From: Eremomyces bilateralis CBS 781.70
Lineage: Eukaryota
NCBI GenBank assembly: GCA_010015585.1
Contig: ML975159.1
DNA: 49,502 bases
Direction: 5' to 3' (one strand)
Below, piece after piece: positions 1 to 12,120 of the stretch. Both the position numbers and the translations under genes were made by a program. The notes beneath the pieces were generated by a model, which worked only from the letters and a program-made list of their open reading frames with translations, ran no database searches and was not told where the DNA came from. Position 1 is the stretch's first letter. Every line of letters starts with the position of its first letter.

Positions 1-1299
1 ACTGGTGACTGGCTTTGCGGGGACTGCGGTTCTAAGGTGGTCTAAACCCGTCCGCATATGAATAACTCCTGGGGCCCTCGGTGTCGGTGGTTTGACGCCG
101 GGGATGAGTGGACGGGCACGGCGGAGAATGACCACGAGGCCGTCAGATGTGCAGGATACGACAGCTTCCAGCTCAACTCCTTCGGAGAACTGTCCCTCTC
201 CAGTATTGATGTTGTTGCCGGCAGCGGGGCCTGATTCCCGCGTAGTGGAGGGGCCGGACAATGCTCGTTTAGCACCGAGGCTGGATGTACCACTGCTAGT
301 GCTGTGAGAGCTATCAGACGAAGAGCTAGCTGGTTGTGCACCACATTGGCTACGTTGGACACCGCCGGAGCCTGCCCTCGAAGTTTCTGCATTTGTCTCA
401 GCATCAGTCGTGGCTTCAGTCGTCTCCGCACCAGTGCCGGCAGTCTCCTGATCAGTTGTGGCAGGATGATCTTCAAGTCTCGGATCACGAAACCAGAACC
501 GCAAATATGCAATCGAGTCATTCTCTTTGGCCCCTTCAAGGCAGCGAACCGCGTCTCCAAGGCAGTGTTCCTGGATGCAGTAATAGAAGCTCCGACCCTT
601 CATGTCATCGCTATTTATGCCAACAATCTGCTCGAGCGCGGATGTCGCGTACATGATGGTCAACGTCCGTGTAAATCTGTTGAGGAAAAGCGCCGCTCGC
701 GGCTCATGAGTCTGCTCGGTTGGACTCAGGTTGAATTTGGCGCTTAAATGGGAAAGCATGTGGTATCTTGGATCTTTGGGATTGCTGGAAAACAGTTTGC
801 GAACAACAGGGGCACTGGTTGCACGCGCTGAGGAAGATTAGCATATGCTACGTATAGCATAGAGCTCTACACGGCTCAGGGGGCACGCGTGGGTGAGAGG
901 TTCGAAGGGAAATGACCTTACCATCGCTTCCTGATCCACGGCGGTAGATGCTCGTACAAACAACCATGACATCAAAAACAATGGTGAAGCAGCACTCGCA
1001 GCTGACATAAGCGTCCTCATTGTTTTTGAAGCGACAGTATGCCAATACGGCGGCCTTGTCTAAAGTCACTCCACGCGAGTGGAGGCGGCGGGCTAGAGGG
1101 ACCTCGTCCGGGTGGAAGAATTCCCACATGGGCCGGTGGATAATCTCATCAGGCGTATGACCGAGGATGTCAACGATGGAACCGGAAGCATATAGGACGT
1201 GAGCCTCCGAGCTCAAGTCTGGGTGATGTCAGTATGCAATGTAATTCCGCTCAATTCAAAACTAGGCTTGCCGTGGATGGTGATGCATGTAGTCTCCAT
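1..1299 (-). CDS. Fungal PAS-domain protein, 5' part (3' end beyond left window edge); exons 1299-1272, 1218-922, 827-<1
   Basis: Spliced translation METTCITIHDLSSEAHVLYASGSIVDILGHTPDEIIHRPMWEFFHPDE (PAS fold) ... ARATSAPVVRKLFSSNPKDPRYHMLSHLSAKF ... HEPRAALFLNRFTRTLTIMYATS ... SFYYCIQEHCL ... NDSIAYLRFWFRDPR. Intron 1 is GC-AG, intron 2 is GT-AG with a GCTAAT branch point. Confidence 0.85.
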
Positions 1300-4200
1300 G
1301 ACGCCTAAGGATTCCGCTGCCTCTACTAATATAGAACGCAACTCCCCGGTATCAACGTTGTTTGAGGCGAAGAAGGTTGTGAAAGTTTAAATGGGATTGT
1401 CACCGTGTAATGATTTCTGTGATATCTGTAACAGAGCCAGAGAAGGTGGACTTCAATGGGACCGGATGAAGGGGACACTGGGTGGGACGCGTACTTATTC
1501 CTGTGGACGTACCATATGGAGAACTGGTGAGTTTGTTATTACAGTTTCTGCGGAACAGTATTTGACATAGGCTGGTGCCAGTACCTTTTGCATAGAGTTC
1601 TCTACGTACTACAGAGAGATCCTCCAACGATGAATGGGTAAGATTGTCGATCAAGGCAGTGGCGGCCCGTGGCGCTTGATAGTGATAGCTCGCTAGCCTT
1701 ACAAGTCAGGGACGAGCCCGGATCGTCGAAAAGACGATGAACGAGGCCAATGGAGATATCCAGAGAATCAGATGCAATAGCTCTGCAGGACGCCCTAATC
1801 GGATTTTCGTCGGGATGATCGTCCCGATGCAGGCAGTACTGCTTTTGGGTCGGCCAGCGGAAAACTGTGTTGGCGCAGTGAAACCTAGTCAATCGTCAAT
1901 TCCTGGTTGAAAATAGGAAGCTATCACATTGTATCAATGACGGAATCGCAAGAATCCTGAGGTCCAGCTGAGGATGCAGGAGGTAAGTATAGCCGCATTA
2001 TGTCCGTGTGAATAACACCAATGTACCACAATTGCCTATGTACTTCTCGAGTCTCGTCAGCCTGCATGAGTGCATGATCGACGGGAGGGTGGAACTGCAT
2101 CGCACGCGACGCGGCTTGTGCGTTTGCATTGATCCCGGCTTTAGAGAACCTACAGAAAGGTGTTCTTGTGTCGGCGATGGTGACAAGGTTGATTGGGTAA
2201 TGGAATTTGAAAACGCTGGGAAAAAGCAAATAGATGGAGACACCAGCACAGGCACAAATCCAGCCAGGGAGGTCATTGAAGTGGAGGCAAGAGACACAAC
2301 CAGGAGAACTTCTGGATACTTAGATAACCATAACTACAGGTATCAGAGACAGATCCTCTGGCGTATTGACATAAGCGATTATGATGTAAGGTGCTTTAAT
2401 AGACGAAAAGCAATTCATCTGCGTGGTAAGGAAGTAACAAACTTCGCGCGAAGAGTATGTAGACAACTTAAAGCGGTTCTTGATAGTAACAGGCCACAAA
2501 ATTCAGAGACAAAGTGATTGAGGATGAACCCGGTTGGCGGGCCTCATGGATGACAAGACTTGACCACGGTTAGATGTATCACGTAGTATCATGCATGTCG
2601 TCGGACCAAAGAGAAGGGACGGACAATCTGTGCCGGACATCCGCAATTCAACTGTATCCTTCCATCACCGCGAACGAGCCTAAAGAAGCCAGCATCATTA
2701 CACAGTTGGGGGGCCCAATGCGGGGAGCAACAAGCCATGTCCGGATTCTTGGGTAGCCAATTCCGCGCGAGAGGAGACGAGACGATGCGGAGACTCGAAT
2801 TCCACCTTTCCAGAACGGCGAGCCATTGATATGGAATTATTAGCGAAGGGAATTGGCAAACATGCCGAGGACGGCGGCGAAGTCAATAGAAAGTGGTGAT
2901 ATTGCATGCGCTATTGCAGCATGCTAGGGGACTGTGGCGCTTCGTTGGCGATCATTGATCCCCACACGGCCCAGCATCCTAGCCATGCTGGTTGCTCATC
3001 ATCCCAAGTTCCCAGGTTCCCAACCAATCCAACCAATCTTTTCGCTGTTTCCTTTCAGATTCTTTTCTTTTCCTGCAAATCGATGGGACCTTCGGACTTT
3101 CGGTGGAGAGAGATATACGCTTCAGGGGGCCCCGAGCTGTTGGTGCTGGTTCACAACTTCACAATTCACATGCGACTTAACAAGGAAAAAGCAATCGTTG
3201 TGATCCATCTGGCGTTCAGGGGTTCCCTTGCAGATATCTCGCGTGTATCAACGACTGGCATGACTGGTGTCGACTCGACCAAATGTGTGCCGCTCCCTGT
3301 ACTCCTGTCATTCGTCAACGGTTCCCTCGACGTCCTTATTTCCCAGTCTGCAAATATCCCGCAAACAGGAAACCTGTGTCAAGACGTTTCGCCTTGGACT
3401 TGCACCACCTGGGACGTTGAATTTGGAGCCTGAAACAGCCGGCGGTTGCGACACGTTACGGAGCCAGATGTCATTCATCCACAGTAACTGGTGAGGTGCT
3501 ACAGCTGTCCTGACTCCTGTGCCACGGTACGGGGACTGATAGGAAATGGTGGCTCAATGCCTGTGGAACCCCCGGCTTTTACGTGCATTCGAATCATCTG
3601 GCACGAGAACATCCTCTCCCCGTACCCCTGCTTGGCCAATCACTTGGCAGCCAGCTTCGAGGTGTACAGGCTACCGGCTCAAACAGTTGATCAAGTCTCG
3701 AACGAGACTCAGTTGTACCACTGTGGCTCGTCGTCCATCGACCTATTCATGTCTTCCGCTAAAGGCTAGTTGAGTGGCGAGGTGTGTTCAGCGCGTTGGG
3801 ACCATCATCCATGGACGATGCTGCAGCTCCGCACGAATCCGGGCAGTGAGAAAGAGTTTTGACAACTGCGAGAGGGTACGTGGGCTGTCGTGAAGACAGC
3901 ATAAAGCTAACCAGCGTTGGATGTATCATTTCAATGAGAATTTCGACTATCAAATGACTCGGAATGTGAAACATGAATGTAAATGACATACTGCCCCCAG
4001 GGCTACGTTGAAAGTAAGAACAACCATGATTTCCAACTTGGATGGCCATAGGCCTAGTCGTGCCCTCCCAGATAATGGAGAGTGGTAAGAGAGTATAGCA
4101 TGAATATAATGACAATGACTAATAATTGTATAGGTCAGAACCGGCGCAGAGCGTCTATCCCTACATCATCTCATTCCGGGAAGTCATCCCTGGGTCAGCG

Positions 4201-5870
4201 TTAAACCCGGAGCTGATGAGCTACTTCCTTGGGCTTTGGAAGACAACCCTGGAGTAGGTCGAACATAACTGGTATCTTTACCACCGATCCTTGCAGAGCC
4301 ACTGATAGTGAATGACAACAGAGACTGCTTTCGATTTGGAATATCCTGACAGGTCCTGGTTGCCTGCATTCTGCCCACCAGCCAAGGTTCGAAGCTCTAT
4401 CACTGCAGGCCCTTGGACTTCGCTGTTGTCGAACCACTGACGGAATGTTCGAAGATAGTCGACCATACCGGAATGGCCCATCAAACCGGTCTCGGGGCCT
4501 AAGATCCGTCGCTCATAGGGATTCCGACCCGCAATCCGGTATTTATATCTTGCATTGGTGCCCACCGTAGACTCTGCAGCTTCATCCCTCTACCTGGCAA
4601 TTAACAACTGGCATTCTATGACACTATGAGAGGTGGGAAACGCTGGCTTGATGCACAGGCTTAGAAACTATCCACGTACCGCACCTTACAGAAGGAAACC
4701 AATGCCTCTTCTGCCATCGATGCTAATATTAGCAACCAGGGCGTAGAGACGGGCCGAATGTTTTCAGACAAACACCTGGGAGTACTTCAAGCCAACCTCA
4801 ATTTGGGAGTTAGGACCATTGCGAGTAGACCACGTTTTCGGGTATCCGAGCGTATGGGGCTACCTCTAACCCCGAGTTCCCGCTTCAAACGGCGTGTCGA
4901 ATCCATCGCTGTCGCTTCTGGCTGTGGTGGATTGGATACAGTGCTAGATGTGGGGACTGGAGGAGGGTGGAGTTGGGAACCGTTAAGAGGAGCCCCGTGC
5001 CGCCAGGCCATTCTCAACATCGATCTAGACTCAACACAAACACCGTCGCTGGGGGCGTAGTTTTCATCAGTGAACTCGGTCGGGGTGGCGTCCCGGTGTG
5101 CTTGCGCCTTGCATCCCCTCCACGTCCTCGGGCTTACTTGACGCTTTTTAGCCGGCTCAGGCGGCATGTGGCTTATTGGCCGCTTCAGCGCCGCACTTCA
5201 CCTGTCTGATTGCTTCGACTAGGTATTCTGACCAGCGAATCCAGCTGTTGGCAGAGTTTGGCAGCAAGGAACGCATCGTCCTCCCTTCCCCCATGGAGTT
5301 AGCCGAGTAACGAGGAACTCGCCTTGCGTGGCAACAATGTTGAGGAAGTATTGCAGTTTGCACACACCAATAATGGCCTGCGATGTGAATTAAATGCTAC
5401 GTGGCAAGCAAATGGTGCAGACTTACAACTGCCATTGTGTTTCTAGCAGCAGTCACCATCGGCCTCGAGCAACCATTGTCCATTATAATTTTGAACATTC
5501 CAAAATCCATATGGATGGACATGAGAATCCGAGTAATTTTAAATATTAATAATTCTGAGACTCATCAGTCATCTCAACCAGCGTAACGCGTGCTGGGACG
5601 CGCAGTATGGATAAAGTCAGGGGCATCGCGCAGTCACGTGGTTACATTCATGCTGACAGCTCCTATGATCAGATCTTAATTATTTCTTGACGAATACCAT
5701 AGTTAATAGTACCACGTCAGTCTAGGCTCTGGACACTCGTCTTGTTCCATCTGGAGAGTCTCCGATCTCGACCATTTGGTCTCATCAATCACACTATTAA
5801 TACGGAATATCAAGTCCATATCACTCGTTTTGTGAAGCCATCTCTCTCGCGTTCCCTACCTACGGCACCG

Positions 5871-6674
5871 ATGTCCGACTCCTCATGCTCTACTATCTCG
5901 AATAACGGCCTATTAAATCAACCATTTGGTTACCCCGAAAGTGATTCCTATTACGCTTGTGGATTCCCAAGCAACTACACACAAGCAGCACAATGCTGTG
6001 GTACCGATCCCGTCGCTTTCAGCGACCCGTGCTACTCCTCATGTGGTTTGCCAGCGTCCATGAACGATGACTTCGACTTGGATAGAATAGATTATTTCGA
6101 CTATATGAAAAGTTGCCTCAACTCGACTGGAGAGGTGATCGATTACTTGTGGTGCCATGCGACTCCCCACGCCATCCAGTTGCCGCCATCCACGACGAAA
6201 CCACCGAAGTCGACAAGCACCTTCGATCAAGCGCAGCATTGCGCAACAGCCGATCCTCAGCAGGCAATATCCGTCCCCGATCCAAAGCCAGCATGTGGAA
6301 TGCTTCCGAATATGCCGAATTCAGATGCCTTCGGACACTGCTGCCAGCCGGCACCGGTGCAGTGGTCCGTATTTAAATGCTATGAATACTGCGGACTACC
6401 ACGTGGGAGCGGGTTTGGAGGGAAGGGCAACTTGACGGAGGATGAGATATTGGGGTCCTTTAAGACATGCATGTTGCAGCGTGGGAACGGCAGCGAGGCA
6501 GTCTTTGATGGATTGTACTGTCGCGCGAATCGAGAGGCGCTGGATTTGAGAGCAACCAATTTCACGACGACCACTTATCTCACTGGTACGGGAAACACTG
6601 TCCGAAAGATGAGTGCATCTTGCTATTTGCTGCTCTTGGGAACAATGGTGATGACCACACTCGGCATTTTCTAG
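5871..6674 (+). CDS. Cysteine-rich protein with two tandem 8-Cys domains and a hydrophobic C-terminal tail (GPI/tail-anchor-like)
   Basis: Single-exon ORF; first in-frame ATG at 5871 (267 aa). Repeats ACG..CC..P....CY..CGLP...C...C occur twice, separated by an S/T/P linker. C-terminus CYLLLLGTMVMTTLGIF. Confidence 0.75.
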   Translation: MSDSSCSTISNNGLLNQPFGYPESDSYYACGFPSNYTQAAQCCGTDPVAFSDPCYSSCGLPASMNDDFDLDRIDYFDYMKSCLNSTGEVIDYLWCHATPHAIQLPPSTTKPPKSTSTFDQAQHCATADPQQAISVPDPKPACGMLPNMPNSDAFGHCCQPAPVQWSVFKCYEYCGLPRGSGFGGKGNLTEDEILGSFKTCMLQRGNGSEAVFDGLYCRANREALDLRATNFTTTTYLTGTGNTVRKMSASCYLLLLGTMVMTTLGIF

Positions 6675-7671
6675 GCGTCGGATACCCAATTGTCAATTGT
6701 TCAAAGCAATCCCATGCTCCTGGTCATCATACGGCTACTGAAGGACATTCTACGAATTTCCGCAATTAACTGAAAATCTATGTCGACAAGAGAGTCAAGA
6801 CTAGGCAACCGTTTTCTAGTCCTTACATGGTGAAACTCCTCATACCAATGCCCTGTCCGGCAATCCCATGTCCCCCCTATCTCGAAGTTGGAATGGAACT
6901 TCATTCTTAAGCTCCTAATCGCATATTCTGACCCCCACAATGGCGAAATACCGAACAGGAACAACTATTTATGTCTATGAAGTGAAGATTGAGATCGACA
7001 ATACCCAGGAATCCGGAATTCGTAGGGATTGGGTTGATCATATCTAGCAGATCGGTCTGACAGGTCCCAGGAATGTGGTCTTGATATAAGATTGTACCCA
7101 GTAATAAAGGAGATACCTCCGCCTGCCTTATCATGTCTTCAATTTGACCAGGAGACCTCCATCGCAGTTCACTTTCAACCGCCCTTTCGGCAAACAGGAG
7201 CTAATGCAACTATTGGAGTCACGCGTTCATCCAGTTGGTCCGAATCGAAAGCAGTCCTGTGCTAGGGTGATTTGAGCGCAGCTGGTAACCTAGTTGCATG
7301 GCGCTCTTTTCATGGGGCTACCCCTAACCCCAGCTTTATTGTGTACATAATTAAGTTAACTAACTTAGTTATCTAACTTAACTAAGTTAGGCTTTTGCCC
7401 ATGCAATTGGAATTCGGGAATGCCGAATGCGCTCGTAAAAGAACCATGTAGCGTGTCTGGATCGGGCGGGGTTTCCGGTGAATCGTATGAATCGCCGGGG
7501 GCTGTACTAACACGGCAAGTTGGCAAAGTTGGGATAACTACATACGTTGGAGGGTTGTAACATTCGTGGGCATCAAAAATCGTTCCGTTCTCTTGTTCGG
7601 TCGTCGCATTTAGAAGCCGAGCATTTCGTCATTATCTCCGCAAGTTTCTCAATATAAAATAATTCAGCATC

Positions 7672-8536
7672 ATGGCGAATATCAAAGCAGTAGAGGGCAA
7701 TGCTGGTATGTGCCCGTTCGTCCGCCTGTCTCGTATCCATCTGACCAGCCTAATTATCCCAGAGGACCGCCAGCGCATCAGCACAGTCTATACCCGCGCC
7801 TTCGCTCACGATCCAGTGATAGAATACATGCTAGGCATGACGCCCGAGAAAAAATCTGCCTATCTACCCAAATACTTCGACTATTTAACGGTCGCGGCGT
7901 CGTTGAACAAAGGGTTATTCTTCGAGGCCAACGACTGGAGTTCCTGCGCGGTGTGCATGCCTCCACAGCAGAAGATCGATAGTCCGCGGACGCTGATCCC
8001 CTCGGGGCTCATTTGGATGACTCTCGACGTTGGGATTGCGTCGAGTTGGGTACGTTAAGTGTGCCAATTACCTTTCGATGATCGGTATAACGTGCTGTAG
8101 CGCATGATATCTGAATTTCCGAGCGCGGTTGGGCCAGCAAAGAAGAAGGGACTGGGGAATCAGAAGGACTTCTACTATCTCTTCTTCATCGCCACCGATC
8201 CGGATCATCAAGGTCAAGGTAATTTCATGCCAAGTCCCATTGCGATAGAGTCATAGTGAGTCACCAGAACCAACGTGGAACTAACACGAGGATTTCCAAG
8301 GCCTCGCATCTGCCATAATCCGAGTGCTGCAAGAGCGCGCTGGAAAGGAAGGCCTACCGATTTGGCTCGAGGCCACCACGACGAAATCACGCGACACCTA
8401 CCAGAGACTGGGGTTCAAAGAAGTGGAAGAGGTCAGAGCTGGGAAGGGTAAGGTGAACGCCGACGGAATTCGTGAAAAAGACGGGAAGGGCGTTCCGTTG
8501 TGGGCAATGATTTGGTGGCCAGAATCCAAGGCTTGA
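7672..8536 (+). CDS. GNAT-family N-acetyltransferase; exons 7672-7705, 7763-8049, 8101-8218, 8301-8536
   Basis: Spliced product has YLFFIATDPDHQGQGLASAII (acetyl-CoA-binding QxxGxA motif) and PIWLEATT..SRDTYQRLGF. Three canonical GT-AG introns keep the frame. Confidence 0.88.
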
Positions 8537-8970
8537 TCAGTTGAGATTTCTCGCCCTCTGCATTGTTAGATAGTACCAGAACTTCGTCGTTGCCATACTC
8601 TGTTTTGAAATCCAGGAAGCATAGTAGTCAGTATATGTAGTATTTAGAGTTGGAGTCCTGGTATATTCCCCTTTAATTTCAAGTTCATTTATCACTGGTT
8701 CAATACAATAGAAAGTGTCAGCTTTGTGAGTCTTCCTAGAAAGGGGCGCTGCAATAATAACGGTTCGACAGGTCATTCCTAAAAGTTTTGAGGCAGGAAC
8801 TCTGGTACACCATCCGCACTGACCATATTTAACGACTTTTTCCTCTCAGAAGTAAAATGTAAACGCCAAGAGGGAGAGCCCTAGATTTCTGAATTTGCCA
8901 AAAGTCAACTCTAGCCAGTTTCTCATTCCACTCCTAGTCAAACAAGATTCCAAGAACTCATCTCATCCAC

Positions 8971-9501
8971 ATGATGGACCACCGTCCAGATTCCCAACAG
9001 CACCCACAGATCCTACAACGAGGATTGCCATCTCGATTACTACGACAGCGTCCTCCCTATGGCCTACCTCTCCCCCCATGATCCCCGCGAAGCGGCTATG
9101 CAACCCCTCTCTCCCGTCAGAGCTCTCTAGCCTTCATCACCGCTAGAGCTCTCGATGAACCAAAGCATCGCCCCCTCACAACGATGAAAGCCAATCTGAC
9201 GGCAATCGAGCAGAACCGCGCGACCGGGCAGTGCATCAACTGGACGGAACTTGCTGCACTCAAGGAGAACACCAGTGTCTTAGAACGAAACGGGCTCGAC
9301 GTCCTGCCGACGCAACCCAGGTTTGAAATTCCGGATGGCGAGCCCCCGGAAGTCCCGAGGATGAGGCTGATGCTCTGGGAGCTCAGAGTGCGTATATGTG
9401 GGAAGGAGGACTGGAACTTCTACGTAAAGCTGTGTCGGAAGAGGAGGAGGGAGATGGAGGAGAGGGGGAGGGGGAGGGGTTGTCTGGTTAAGCGTTCGTG
9501 A
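8971..9501 (+). CDS. Small hypothetical protein, probably 2 exons (intron ~9116-9213)
   Basis: ATG ORF MMDHRPDSQQ.. can be joined through a GTCAG..CTGAC..CAG intron to the ORF NRATGQCINWTELAALKEN..WELRVRICGKEDWNFYVKLC. No family recognised. Confidence 0.4.
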
Positions 9502-9756
9502 AACGGATCCGTGTATGGTATCCTAGATACATTTTTGCGACTGTTAATGTGGTTCGAGATGGAGTAAATCTTTAAACTCAAGATCTCTTCTATTTCTGCG
9601 GTGTGGAAACTGGCTCACTGAACGCTGGACTGTCAGTGTGTAAAAACGACTTAACGAGAATGGCGAGAAATATACCATCAATGCCTTCTCGATGGTTTCA
9701 GATGTTCATATTGGAACGCAGACTGTATGATCGCACCCGCAGATTCATAGCTCTAA

Positions 9757-12120
9757 TCATTCACTGCTCCTATCCTTGCTTCCTGAAAGATCGAATCGGC
9801 GTGTCTCAGCCGCAGCTGGTGTAAGGAGGTCAGACTTTGCGGGCTGAGGTGCATCCTCAACCGGCCCTGCTTGTCCCTGATCCGAGACGGAATCAATTCG
9901 CGGTTTCGACAGCGCCCGTGAAGACGAGCGCATCCGAGGCCGAGCCGACCTGTATTGCCGCCGTGGACTCGGCATCGGCTCGTCCGATTCCGGCTCGAAC
10001 GCCTGTTCAGCTATTTCTTGTCGGTCGATCTACGAGACGATGTCATGTCAGCGCCGGTTGGGTATAGCGTGGTTCGAGTAAAGAACGTCACATACCCGAG
10101 CCTTATCATGCTTCCCGGCCCAGCTAGCCCACACCGTCATCCCCAAGCTCTTTCTCGCTTGCCTCCGTAGCCAACTTCCTTCTTCTACCAAGTCACTTTG
10201 CCTGCCTGCAAGCGCAGTGGGCGGCGGAACTTCTATGCCCTCCGGACCATGGAACCCCTCCCAGCCGACACTGAAACGCCGGTCTCTCCATCTTGCCGCC
10301 TCGTGGCGAAACTTCTTGTCGGCCTTCTCCTTGGAAACGAACCAGTTCCTCAGGGGTCCTTCCTTGAAGACGCCGATTTCATCTGGGTCCAGGGTGAAGG
10401 CACTGAGTTGGTCGGCGGGCGGAAGAGGGTAGATATTGCCGTGGCGGTCGACCCGTTGGCGGATCATGTAGGACTCAAAGGCCGGTAAAGGATCGCCGGC
10501 TTTGCCAACTGAATTGGCAGGCCCCACGTTGAGAGGTGCGATAGGGGGCAGTGTGGGTGGCTTGGATTGCTTCGAATCTTCGGACTCGGTGGAGCTGTCC
10601 AGCTTGGCGGGATGCATTTCCCGTTTCTTGTCCCCGGCAGTGTCTCGGGACTCCTCAGAATCCGATTCCCACGATTCAGCCTCGCTAATACAGTCGTCGA
10701 CGATGATATCGATCGCCCGGTGTTGTGCTCGCGCGAGTGCCCAAGCTCCGAATTGCGCAACACTTCGGTACATATACTTAGCAGGCTGCGTCCAAGATAG
10801 AGTATGACCGACATGACACAGGTCATCCCAGACTTGCAAATGGACGTTGGTGGGGGGATATTTTGCCACTAGGCCGTCGATCGTTTCCGTAACTCCTTGC
10901 CTGTCTTGATGCTTAATGGATAACTTGAATGCTGAGGGGTTTGCTGCCTTGTGCGCCAGGTATATTTGCTCATCACGTAACAGTTCGCCTCCACCTGTTT
11001 GGATGAGGAGAGGGGGTAGACCGCCGAGTGTTGGTTGGAAGATGGGACTGACCAGCGGATGCAGGAGAAGATGATTTGGTGCATACAACTGCACTTGCTC
11101 GAGCAAATCAGTGAGATGACCGTCGAGCGTGATCTTTGCTGCCTCTGGAGTCATGTAGCCTTCCGGTGGCGTGGTCTTGGAAGAAGCCAGAAGTTTCCCG
11201 AAATCCTCGTAGTTCAGAGGCGGCCACGCTAAGCTGGGCTTGTGGACAAAGCCAGAGGTCGGGATGTAGTCCATCTGATTGTCGCATACCATGCTAGGGA
11301 ACGAACATGTCAAGTCTGTCCACGGACTTAGCAGTATCGCTCCTGCGGGCAACGGAATACCCTGGTCCCGCAAAGTGACAAGAGCACCAAGGGTCAATCC
11401 TCCTCCTGCGCTGTCCCCAGCCAGTATGATATGCTCGGGCTTGTGAGACTCAAGCAAGTACAAATAAGCAGCAATGCAGTCTTGTAGACCACAAGGGAAT
11501 GGGAATTGCGGAGCGAGTCGATACCGAGGAGCCAGAAGACGCGCATTCAATTTACGAGCATGCCGTTGCATCTGATAGCGGTGCTCATCCACGCTTCCGA
11601 AATAGTAGGCGCCGCCGTGAACGTAGAGGATGATGCGGCTTAGAGCCACCCCGGATGCTTTTCGTTCATTGTAATCATTCCGCATCTCAATCCATTCGGC
11701 CTTGAATTGGGTTTTGGGCCTACGCCATTGCCACCAGTGTGCACCGCCCACAAGTTGGATCCCTTTGGGTCCGAGTTGACGTTGCAGCAACTCGGCGGAT
11801 TCGGAAAGCAACGTCTCGGATATCTCCACCTCTTCTGAGCGTACCCATCGTGGAACTGGAACCCACTGGGCAGTGAAGGATTGAATTTCCTCAACCGTAT
11901 GTTTAGACGAGTAAGTGATGAATCGACGGACTAATTCCAACCCTAGATGGTAGGAAATATGGATAGTCGGCTTCCTCTTGAGCGATCTGCGGCGTGCATA
12001 CTTGGGAAACTAAGTAATGCTTCTGAGACACAATGTTTTAGGCATACTGACGTGATTTACGTATGTTGATGCAATTGTCGGGGTTATAGCCGCGGTGACG
12101 GTGAGCGTGTTGAGGACCAT
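9757..12120 (-). CDS. Alpha/beta-hydrolase, hormone-sensitive-lipase family esterase/lipase; exons 12120-12061, 12009-~10096, ~10029-9757
   Basis: ILYVHGGAY oxyanion motif, GDSAGG nucleophile elbow, GGGELLRDEQ and VWDDLCHV catalytic regions. Exon 1 is MVLNTLTVTAAITPTIASTY. The last intron (GTATGT..CTGAC..TAG) joins to the ORF ending at 9757. Confidence 0.9.

Noticed and set aside
42..747. Several ORF-track entries (42..560 -, 304..747 +, etc.)
   Set aside because: Off-frame or antisense shadows of PAS gene exon 3, whose real frame runs off the window edge.
1400..4120. Short ORFs including 2008..2517 + and 2906..3433 +
   Set aside because: No recognisable motifs or convincing splice structure; treated as intergenic or UTR sequence.
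4184..5363. Possible spliced minus-strand gene (intron-like signals at ~5137-5049 and ~4679-4596)
   Set aside because: The putative exons could not be joined into a stop-free frame and no family was recognised; at most a decayed gene.
7321..7331. Telomere-like CCCTAACCC
   Set aside because: Only about one and a half units; expected by chance.
8218..8300. Apparent [D1,2] stwintron in GNAT intron 3 (G|GTAATT..CATAG|TGAGTC)
   Set aside because: Two-step splicing would shift the frame, and the 38-nt inner intron lacks a branch point. One-step splicing already gives QGQGLA.
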